64,000 bases of DNA from Balanoglossus misakiensis (lineage: Eukaryota > Animalia > Hemichordata): assembly GCA_040954595.2 (NCBI GenBank), contig CM082591.2, positions 4,387,957 through 4,451,956 on the forward strand, in the 5' to 3' direction. The notes beneath the pieces were generated by a model. It was not told the DNA's origin. It worked only from the letters and a program-made list of their open reading frames with translations, and searched no databases. Position numbers and translations under genes: made by a program. This document shows positions 26,729-37,169 of the stretch, one piece after another. Every line of letters begins with the position of its first letter. Position 1 is the stretch's first letter.

Positions 26729-27981
26729 CTTCCAAGGCAGACTTTTAATTACAAAAACCTGGTGCTCAACTGCAGAGCGAGAGAAATTTTTTTTACAGAA
26801 ATCAACTCATCTCGCTAGTTTATATTTTCCATGTGAAATATTTTATTTGATTTTAACGTAACATGGCAATCCAAACAAGCACAGGCAGTTTGATTTTTAT
26901 TTTCATCTTTTTGAGTTCCGACAAGTGCAGTAATTTACCAGCCAAATAAGTCCATGTACTTACAATTTTCTTTCCTGAATCAAAAACAAGTTTATCCATA
27001 CGCTCAGAAAAGCCTGAAATAGATATTCCAATGGATAGGGATAATTTTTTTTAATTTGAACCTGTCATGTTGATCAAATTATCAATTATCTTGACAAAAA
27101 TCTGGTTCATGTGCGTGTTATATCGTAGGGTAGCATGTCTCAGACATTTTAGAAATTATGTAAATACTGAGCTTGGATTTGCTGTACAAAAAAAGATTTC
27201 AATACAGTACCTTGATCAGAAATAGAAATTGGCTTTTAGTTGTGTGCTAAAGATGATTATTCTGTTGTTTTTTCTCAGTGCAATAGCTTTTCGTGATTAC
27301 TTTTCAGAAACAGAGCAGTATAATTACCTTTGAGGGTGCTGTAACATTTCTGATTTGGCACTCTATAATACGTATATAATACACTTGGTACTGTATATTT
27401 TTCCTATTTCTAAAATAGTAACATGTACATAATTGTACTTTAGTTGACATAAGACAAACAACTTCTGTCTCTTTATGGATAATTTTAAATAGATTATTTT
27501 TGTACCAAAACAGAAATGAGCTCGTGTAGAAGATGCTATGAAAGTAAGTAAGATATTTTAATCATTCTTGGAAAAATAGACTGTAAAACAGATGTGAAGT
27601 CTCAGCAACAAAATGTCCCACCCATAGCAACACAATGATTGACATATCAACGACCTCAAAACGCTCTTGAGACAATAGTAAAAGAATTATGAGATCTTTT
27701 GATGTCCTGTCCCGATAGTCTTTCATTTTGACAATTGTTTTCCAAGAATTCTGAGGAGAACCAATAAAATCGTGAAAATTAAACCGGATTTGTTTGCAAT
27801 TTTGCGTGTGTGTGTGTGTGTGTCTAATTTATTGCATTCATGAATTTTGCATTTTTAAAAAAAATTAATAGTGATATAAATTGTACTGAAATCGAAACTT
27901 TTGTGAGTGCTGACGTTGGTGGCGCACTGTACATAAGCGGCGTGATCCAAGATGGCGGCGCCCATAACAACACGTGTGTTT

Positions 27982-28340
27982 TTCCGATGGAAAAAAAGGT
28001 AAGATATAGCGATTCCCTGCATTCATATAATATAATATACAAACTGTATAGACTTTAAATCAAGTGCTTGCTACTCGAGGGTCATTCGGTTACCCTCGCT
28101 ACTCTAGCTAGCTGCAATTTAGTAGCTCGAGGTTTTGCCTTTGTTTGTGTGTTACTGTCAGACGGTTCCGATGAAGAAGGTAGAGTATAGCAAGCACACA
28201 GCATTCATATAACATAATATACAAATTGTATAGGCTTTAAATTAAATGCTTGCTACTGGAGGGGCCTTTGGCTACCCTCGCTACGCTAGCTAGCTGCAGT
28301 TCAGTAGCTCGGGAGTATGCCTTGGCTTGTGTGTTAGACG
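27982..28340 (+). repeat. Two diverged direct copies of a ~184-bp unit
   Basis: TTCCGATG..AAGGTA..TATAGC..GCATTCATATAA..TGCTTGCTACT..TACCCTCGCTAC..CTAGCTAGCTGCA..AGTAGCTCG..TTGTGTGTTA occurs at ~27982-28155 and ~28166-28337. Confidence 0.85.
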
Positions 28341-28449
28341 GCTGACACAAGTTTAAAACATGTTTATTGTATGTAAATAAAGACGACCAAAGCAATGAGC
28401 TTCAACATTCAGAGGGGCTTCACATACGCCCATTCATTCAATTCAATTC

Positions 28450-31400
28450 AAAATTGTCCAAAAATGACCAATTCCCAACTTTGGGAACATTGGTGATTTT
28501 GTAATTTTGGGATAGTTTCCATGGGTTACAGCTCGTGAAAATTGTCAAAAAAATGACCAATTCCCAACTTTGCGAACATTGGTGATTTTATTATTTCTGA
28601 ACATTTTTCATGTGTTGTAGCTCATGAAAAATGACAAATTCTCGACTTTGCAAACTTTGGTGATTTTGTCATTTCTGGACATTTTTCATGGGTTATAGCT
28701 CATGACAATTGTCAAAACATGATAAATTCCTGACTTTGCAAACTTTGGTGATTTTATTATTTCTGAACATTTTTCATGGGTTGTAGCTCATGAAAAATGA
28801 CAAATTCTCGACTTTGCAAACTTTGTTGATTTTGTCATTTCTGGACATTTTTCATGGGTTATAGCTCATGACAATTGTCAAAAAATGATAAATTCCTGAC
28901 TTTGCAAACTTTGGTGATTTTATTATTTCTGAACATTTTTCATGGGTTATAGCTCATGAAAAATGACAAATTCTCGACTTTGCAAACTTTGGTGATTTTG
29001 TCATTTCTGGACATTTTTCATGGGTTATAGCTCATGACAATTGTCAAAAAATGATAAATTCCTGACTTTGCAAACTTTGGTGATTTTATTATTTCTGAAC
29101 ATTTTTCATGGGTTATAGCTCATGAAAAATGACAAATTCTCGACTTTGCAAACTTTGGTGATTTTGTCATTTCTGGACATTTTTCATGGGTTATGAAAAT
29201 CGTCAAAAATGGCAAAATTCTTGACTTTGCCAACTTTGGTAATTTTGTCATTTTCGAACATTTTTCGTGGGATATAGCTCATGAAAATCGTCAAATATGG
29301 CAAATTTGCCATTTTGGTGATTTTGTCATTTTCAGACGTCTTTCATGGGTTATAGCTCATGAAAATCGTCAAAAACAGCAAATTCTTGACTTTGCCAACT
29401 TGGGACATATTTCATGGGTTATAGCTCATGAAAATCGTCAAAAATGGCAAAATTCTTGACTTTGCCAACTTTGGTAATTTTGTCATTTTCGAACATTTTC
29501 CGTGGGTTATAGCTCATGAAAATCGTCAAAAATGGCAAATTCTCGACTTTGCTATAGCTCATGACAATTGTCAAAAAATGATAAATTCCTGGCTTTGCAA
29601 ACTTTGGTGATTTTATTATTTCTGAACATTTTTTATGGGTTATAGCTCATGAAAATCGTCAAAAATGGCAAATTCTTGAGTTTGCCAACTTTGGTGATTT
29701 TGTCATTTTGGGACATCTTTCATGGGTTATAGCTCATGAAAATCGTCAAAAATGGCAAATTCTTGACTTTGCCAACTTTGGTGATTTTGTCATTTTGGGA
29801 AGTTTTTCATGGGTTATAGCTCATGAAAATCGTCAAAAATGGCAAAATTCTTGACTTTGCCAACTTTGGTAATTTTGTCATTTTCGAACATTTTTCGTGG
29901 GTTATAGCTCATGAAAATCGTCAAAAATGGCAAATTCTTGACTTTGCCAACTTTGGTAATTTTGTCATTTTCGAACATTTTTCGTGGGTTATAGCTCATG
30001 AAAATCGTCAAAAATGGCAAATTCTTGACTTTGCCAACTTTGGTGATTTTGTCATTTTGGGACGTTTTTCATGGGTTATAGCTCATGAAAATTGTCAAAA
30101 ATGGCAAATTCTTGACTTTGCCAACTTTGGTGTTTTTGTCATTTTTGGACATTTTTCATGGGTTATAGCTCATGAAAATTGTCAAAAATGGCAAATTCTT
30201 GACTTTGCCAACTTTGGTGATTTTGTCATTTTGGGACGTTTTTCATGGGTTATAGCTCATGAAAATCGTCAAAAATGGCAAATTCTAGACTTTGCCAACT
30301 TTGGTAATTTTGTCATTTTGGGACATCTTTCATGGGTTATAGCTCATGAAAATTGTCAAAAATGGCAAATTCTTGACTTTGCCAACTTTGGTGATTTTGT
30401 CATTTTTGGACATCTTTCATGGGTTATAGCTCATGAAAATCGTCAAAAATGGCAAATTCTTGACTTTGCCAACTTTGGTGATTTTGTCATTTTGGGAAGT
30501 TTTTCATGGGTTATAGCTCATGAAAATCGTCAAAAATGGCAAATTCTTGACTTTGCCAACTTTGGTGATTTTGTCATTTTGGGAAGTTTTTCATGGGTTA
30601 TAGCTCATGAAAATCGTCAAAGATGGCAAATTCTTGACTTTGCCAACTTTGGTGATTTTGTCATTTTGGGAAGTTTTTCATGGGTTATAGCTCATGAAAA
30701 TCATCAAAAATGGCAAATTCTTGACTTTGCCAACTTTGGTGATTTTGTCATTTTCGAACATTTTTCGTGGGTTATAGCTCATGAAAATCGTCAAAGATGG
30801 CAAATTCTTGACTTTGCCAACTTTGGTGATTTTGTCATTTTGGGAAGTTTTTCATGGGTTATAGCTCATGAAAATCATCAAAAATGGCAAATTCTTGACT
30901 TTGCCAACTTTGGTGATTTTGTCATTTTGGGACATCCTTCATGGGTTATAGCTCATGAAGATTGTCAAAAATGGCAAATTCTTGACATTGCAAACTTTGG
31001 TGATTTTGTCATTTGGGGACATTTTTCGTGGGTTATAGCTCATGAAAATCGTCAAAAATGGCAAATTGTAGACTTTGCCAATTTGGGTAATTTTGTCATT
31101 TTGGGACATCCTCCATGGGTTATAGCTCATGAAAATTGTCAAAAATGGCAAATTCTTGACTTTGCCAACTTTGGTGATTTTGTCATTTTTGGACATTTTT
31201 CGTGGGTTATAGCTCATGAAAATCGTCAAAAATGGCAAATTCTTGACTTTGCCAACTTTGGTGATTTTGTCATTTTCAGACGTCTTTCATGGGTTATAGC
31301 TCATGAAAATCGTCAAAAACAGCAAATTCTTGACTTTGCCAACTTGGGACATATTTCATGGGTTATAGCTCATGAAAATCATCAAAAATGGCAAAATTCT

Positions 31401-31558
31401 TGACTTTGCCAACTTTGGTAATTTTGTCATTTTCGAACATTTTCCGTGGGTTATAGCTCATGAAAATCGTCAAAAATGGCAAATTCTTGACTTTGCCAAC
31501 TTTGGTGATTTTGTCATTTGGGGACGTTATAGCTCATGAAAATTGTCAAATTCTTGAC
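28450..31558. repeat. 87-bp tandem satellite array (~35 monomers), with a 166-bp dimeric sub-array at the 5' end
   Basis: Monomer TGGGTTATAGCTCATGAAAATCGTCAAAAATGGCAAATTCTTGACTTTGCCAACTTTGGTGATTTTGTCATTTTGGGACATCTTTCA. The period shows as a 29-aa repeat in the 29823-31403 ORF. Confidence 0.98.
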
Positions 31559-31749
31559 GGTTATGATTCTTTTTGTGTAATTAATATTGTTGTTAAACTT
31601 ACCCTGATTTTTTTCTTTGCATTCCAGTGAGTGGCATTAAAGTCAATGTGAAATCAATTCAATTCTCAGATGATGGTTTGAAAAATCCAAGAGTATTGCT
31701 TCAGGTAAGACCAAATCAATCTCAATTGGACACTCTAAGTTTTTTCCTA

Positions 31750-32385
31750 ATGTTAAAGTATAGAGTAAAGCTTGAAAAATTTCTGAGTGTTTTTTAATGT
31801 TTAAGTATAGAGTAAAGCTTGAAAAATTTCTAAGTGTTTTTAATGTCAAAGTATAGAGTAAAGCCTGAAAAATTTCTAAGTGTTTTTAATATCAAAGTAT
31901 AGAGTAAAGCCTGAAAAATTTCTAAGTGTTTTTCTTAATGTGAAAGCATAGAGTAAAGCCTGAAAAATTTCTAAGTGTTTTTAATGTCAAAGTATAGAGT
32001 AAAGCCTGAAAAATTTCTAAGTGTTTTTCTTAATGTGAAAGCATAGAGTAAAGCCTGAAAAATTTCTAAGTGTTTTTCTTAATGTGAAAGCATAGAGTAA
32101 AGCCTGAAAAATTTCTAAGTGTTTTTAATGTCAAAGTATAGAGTAAAGCCTGAAAAATTTCTAAGTGTTTTTAATGTCTAAGTATAGAGTGAAGCCTAAA
32201 AAATTTCTAAGTGTTTTTAATAAGTATAGAGTGAAGCCTGAAAAATTTCTAAGTGTTTTTAATAAGTATAGAGTGAAGCCTAAAAAATTTCTAAGTGTTT
32301 TTAATAAGTATACAGTGAAGCCTGAAAAATTTCTAAGTGTTTTTAATAAGTATAGAGTAAAGCCTGAAAAATTTCTAAGTGTTTT
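31750..32385. repeat. 42-48-bp tandem minisatellite (AAGTATAGAGTAAAGCCTGAAAAATTTCTAAGTGTTTTTAAT)
   Basis: ~14 visible copies; two further copies at ~33372-33470. Confidence 0.97.
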
Positions 32386-32601
32386 TTTTTTTTTACAAAA
32401 AAGCAGACACCAAGGATTGAAATTTATTGTATTTTATTTCATTTTCATATTTCATATTTCATATTTCATATTGAAATTTAACTCGTATTCACTTGTCGTT
32501 TCAGGTCTATCTGTTGAATGGTTGATGACCAATCGAAAGAAGTGGAGTCCAGCCAGGATCTGAAAAGACAAGGCAAGTGTTAGAAAATGCAAGTTATGTA
32601 G

Positions 32602-32675
32602 GGGGCATACACAAGTTTCAAAAATTTTCTAAGTCAAAGAAAACTTAGAAAATTTTTGAAACTTGTATATGCCCC
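32602..32675. repeat. 74-bp hairpin/palindrome, 33-bp arms
   Basis: GGGGCATACACAAGTTTCAAAAATTTTCTAAGT ... ACTTAGAAAATTTTTGAAACTTGTATATGCCCC, one mismatch, ~8-nt loop. Confidence 0.9.
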
Positions 32676-32815
32676 AACGTGGAGGTATAGACAAATTTCA
32701 AATTTTTAGCGTTTCTGACTTAGTTTTTTTTTTTGCCTTTTTATATGCCATCCCTAGCCCCCACCCTAACCTCCCCATGTGTGTACTGCAGAGACTAATA
32801 AATCCCTAGCACAAC

Positions 32816-32992
32816 TCTTACTTCAGTTGAGCTAAGCGAAATTTTTTTTTACAAGTGCATTATGGGCATCATAATCTATGCAAGATCTTTTCAGATGCAA
32901 AACATTTTTGCATTAGAAAAGATCTTGCATAGATTAGGATGCCCGTAATGCACTTGTAAAAAAAAATAGAAGTTTGCTCAACCGAAGTAAGA
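32816..32992. repeat. 177-bp fold-back palindrome, ~85-bp arms
   Basis: TCTTACTTCAGTTGAGC...TTACAAGTGCATTATGGGCATCATAATCTATGCAAGATCTTTTC is mirrored by GAAAAGATCTTGCATAGATTAGGATGCCCGTAATGCACTTGTAA...GCTCAACCGAAGTAAGA. Confidence 0.9.
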
Positions 32993-33784
32993 CACACACA
33001 CAATTACATTGCTAAGTTATCCCTCATGTTAAGTTATTCTCCTAATCACATTTTATTTTCGTCCTTAGGTGCAGGGAAGTTGCCATGGACTCGGTTGTAC
33101 ACATCAATTAAGATTTAATGCAGTTTTGGAATCTATCAAGCCTACAATATTTCTAAGTTTTAAATCTCATGACCGACAAATTCACACATTCTAGACTACC
33201 TATATTTCTATTATTGTCAATTCATTACATTCTGAATGTATTTAAGTAAGCTATGACTTATGAATTAAAATTATGAATTAAAATTACTTTCGCAAGAGAG
33301 TTTATTTTTCTGAAGTCCTAAATTACAGAACTCTGTTCTGTTCTTATCTGCTACTTCAACTTAATTTTACAGTATAGAGTAAAGCCTGAAAAATTTCTAA
33401 GTTTTTTTTAATGTCAAAGTATAGAGTAAAGCTTGAAAAATTTCTAAGTTTTTTTTAAATGTCAAAGTATATTTCTTCTGTGAAATCATAGAGGTTTATA
33501 AAAATTATGAATGTGACCTATGACATATTCAGGGATTAAGCAGCTGGTTATTGAAGATGTGAAAAGTTTAAATGAGTTCTACATGCTACCAACAAACATT
33601 GAAATTTGGAACATATAGCCTGAAATGGATGACACATAATTATCATTTCCTGCTCAAAGGCAAATTTACTATAGATTAATATCCCTTCAGAAAGTACATG
33701 CCTCAACATTTTCTCATCATCTGCTAAGGGGCAACTCATAAAAACTGTGGATTACTGCAAAATTTTGAACAAGACGGGCAAATT

Positions 33785-33915
33785 ATCTCAAATTTCAAAA
33801 TGGCTGACAAAATTGTCTCAAATTTGAATTTCAAAATGGCCGCCAAAATCGTCTCAAATTTGAATTTCAAAATGGCCGCCAAAATTGTCTCAAATTTGAA
33901 TTTCAAAATGGCCAC
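33785..33915. repeat. 36-bp tandem repeat containing AAAATGGCCGCC
   Basis: GTCTCAAATTTGAATTTCAAAATGGCCGCCAAAAT at 33815, 33851, 33887, plus a degenerate copy upstream. Confidence 0.85.
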
Positions 33916-36089
33916 GAATATTTGTGTTAAATCAATTTAAAAAATTTAAGTATCACTTTCCAAGAAAAAGAAACATTGAACACCCTGTTTTCTTTGTTAC
34001 TACAAAAGTACTTATTAATGAATTTGTAATGAATTATATAAGTTAAGATTCTGGCTCAATTTGCTATAGATTTCAGCAATGTGATAGTAATATTGCCTAC
34101 ACCAAATTTTTAATACATATTTAGGAAAACTGCAAGATTATTGCTACGTTTACCGCTATCAGTTTAGTTGTTTACAACTACATACATCTCTTGGGATGGT
34201 CAAATATAATATGACCACTGTTACTTCATTTGGCTATCCAGACGGCCTCGGAACAGCCACAGAGATCATATACCTCTGGGGATGGTCCAATGTAAGAGGA
34301 CCATCACACTGTTCCTTCATTTTACCATCCAGACAGCCACTGAGATCAGTAAATGCACTCAAACAGACAAATGGTTTTATAGGCAACATTACAGTTTTTA
34401 AAGATTATTACGCTTATTTTGACAGGTGGTTCAAAGGTCATTAAATTAGTAATTTTTCCTGCACGTCTAATCATCAATTAACCTTTTTTATAATAAACTA
34501 TTAAATTTGGCATTTCCCACACGCACCCAACAAAGTATAAAAACACAACTGTAAAGCATTTTCAAGTAGATTTATAGTGTTCTTTATTATTGTCCATCAC
34601 AAAACCGACAAAACTGCTCTCTGTTGACCTATTTTCTAAAACATGCCTAAATACTACAGTAAAATTTACACACTTTTGAAGTTATCAATCGTCATTACAT
34701 TGTATTTTGAACACAAAGACTATGATTTTTTCCATGAATTTCGATATCACAAAAAGGTCAAAAAGAGCAACTTTGTTCTATACAACTCCGCTCCAACATT
34801 TTGTTCCTATGCCTGCACTAGCAACTCTTATGGCGAGACAATGATAGATGTATAGAAAATGGCGTATTGTAATTTGCATAAAACGGCTTGTCCTGTGCAA
34901 CTTTGTTGATGTTGCACTGAATAATTTGATAGACAACTGCCGCAACGAATATAAAAAGTACATTATCTAGCGAGTCGACATGAACAGGATTGTCTGCCAT
35001 CAATGCATCTGACTGACTGAATATTTGACGAGTAATTGTTACGAGTCGCGTACCTTCACTGTTCCATTGACGACCACGCGGTTCTGTTGGGCTTGATGAA
35101 ATAACGCTCTGAAAGAAAAGCAAATTTAAAATTTCAGGAAGTTGAAGACAAACACAACATGTAATACACTACACTACTTTTTATGACGTTCATTTAGAGA
35201 TACATCTACTGGCAAATTAATCGCCAAAATGATATTTTCCAGTGGAGCAAAGTTGAGCCATTTGCACACAATGGACATAACACTGTATTTCCCCATGCTT
35301 CGGCAAAAGACCCCCCCTCCCCCCTCCCAACAACGGGAAAATGTTCTGGGCATTTTTCGCTAGACTTGTAGACAGGGTTCTGTTCACAGACGGATAAAAA
35401 AAAATCACAACTTACCTCAACTGATGCTATCTTCAGAGAACTGCGCATCCGTTGTAAAAATTGGGAAGGTAAATTTTCGTTTTTTTTACTGGGAAAGTCT
35501 GAGCAAACGAGGACGTGAAAAACGTGGCTGCAAAAACGTCCGTCTCAGAAGGTCGACTTCGGAAATTATTCATAATCCGTTGTGCTTCTATTGATAAACA
35601 AATTTGGCCTGGGGAGACTGACCATTCACGGACCACTGAAGTAAACACTGCGGATAATGATTTGCATGAATTAGTATATATGCTAAATAAGACCAGCCTG
35701 GTCATGCAGGAAACAGCCAATCGGGGACTTGTAATCTTTCAAATAAACCAATAAGGAACAGTGGTTAATTATTACAAAAAGCCGCGCCAGGAAAAACCAT
35801 TGTAGCAATTGCATGGGACTATGATGTTGTGCACGGTGGTGACAACTAAAAAATCTCCCTTATAAGAGCAAAACCAAGTAAAACGTAGCGGACGATCGAT
35901 GTGATGACTGTGGCCAGTATTCGGCCAAGAGCCCGACACACAAACGTGGAAGTAAAGTTTTTGTCCCGTCCGACTAAAATAGTAACCCCTTTGGGATTTT
36001 GTTGGTACCTTCCAACGCTGGCCTTCTCGCAAACATTTCTTGACCTAGGATTTTGACCCGAAACATCGCGCGAAAAGACGTAGCTTGCC

Positions 36090-36177
36090 TGGTCCCCTGC
36101 CCCATTCCCACCGCTGGCTGCGCTACGCTAACATGAGAGCATAGCGCAGCCAGAGGTGAGAATGGGACAGGCGACCA
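36090..36177. repeat. GC-rich imperfect hairpin (MITE-like)
   Basis: TGGTC.CCTG.CCCATTC.CACC.CTGGCTGCGCTA pairs with TAGCGCAGCCAG.GGTG.GAATGGG.CAGG.GACCA. Confidence 0.7.
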
Positions 36178-37169
36178 AACCCCCCACGTTGGTATGACAC
36201 CGAATCATATAGCGAGACACTCCCGAATTTAGGAAATACATAAGTATGATAAACTAGAACTTTTCCTAAATAACTTTGTTACCAGCTTCTTGGTGAAAAG
36301 ACACCTGAAACAAAATGAACAACGTGAATAAATAGCGAGTCTGGGAGTAAATATTTAATCAACAACACGTAAGAACAGGAACCAGATACATTCTATGTTA
36401 TTCAATATTTATTAGTTACTGATTATTCACAATAGAATACAAGTTGGCCTCAAATCTTCTACAAGTGTAGATTAGCTACTGTTATTGCTAAAAAGTCTGC
36501 CAACTATCAGTCCTCTACGCATGTGCATAATTTCATCCCAAAAACATTGCATCCAATCCACATCCAAGACGATAGACACCTCAAAATGGTGTGTTTGATA
36601 TTTTAATCCTCGCGAGGAGAATTATGAAATACCACCGCAGACGAGAGAAATGTGCCGAGCAAAGATCTTCGCAAGAAATTTTGCTCAAAAAAATTCTTCC
36701 CTATGTGACAGACTAAATAGGTTCACCACACCACAATATAAACATATACAATACTGGAATTGCAGGTTTATAAATTAATGATACGAATGATCATTACTGA
36801 TGAAAAACAAGAACATGTGATATAATCTCTTACAGAATAAGTTCCCTTGCTGGTTACCCAAAACAGTACTGTATTAACATATACAACACCTGATATGCGT
36901 TATATTTGCTAGTGTAAAGAAAGTATGGTAACTAGACAACTGAAATAGACAAAATAAAGGCATGCAAAATAATGGCGCGGTAGTGGTACTTTGCACACTT
37001 ATACTAATACATGGAAACGTGAAACCATCTACAAACAGGTTGAGTGATGGGTATATTAACATGAACAAGAAACTGCACCTGGGGTACACAGATTGTCACA
37101 GTTCTGCTTTGAGCGTGGTGAGTGGGGGGGGGCATGATATGCTGGGCCCTCACTACGACGACGCTTTTG

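Larger units (their letters stand above)
27945..33250 (+). ncRNA. Putative spliced long non-coding transcript spanning the satellite block (ends uncertain)
   Basis: YY1-like CAAGATGGCGGC at ~27948 and donor AAG/GTAAGA at 27998. Candidate exons 31628-31704 (TTTTCTTTGCATTCCAG / CAG-GTAAGA), 32505-32572 (TCGTTTCAG / AAG-GCAAGT) and one starting 33069 (CTAAT..TTTTATTTTCGTCCTTAG). No long spliced ORF. Inferred from splice signals only. Confidence 0.4.

Noticed and set aside
14582-27925. TGGTGGCGC motif at ~14582, ~15218 and ~27917 near gene boundaries (CTCF-like half site)
   Set aside because: Only the 3' half of the CTCF consensus is present; too short to support from sequence alone.
29823-31403. 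526-aa ORF of 29-aa repeats (WVIAHENRQKWQILDFANFGDFVILGSFS)
   Set aside because: By-product of an 87-bp (multiple of 3) satellite lacking a stop in one frame. Neighbouring monomers of 88, 78 and shorter length break the frame freely, and DNA identity is too uniform for a protein repeat.
28450-32385. CRISPR-like appearance of regularly spaced palindromic repeats
   Set aside because: Linkers between palindromes are near-identical rather than unique spacers, there are no cas genes, and the context is eukaryotic.
32165-32563. 132-aa ORF with KYRVKPEKFLSVFN repeats
   Set aside because: Translation of the 42-bp minisatellite; upstream 46-48-bp units break the frame.
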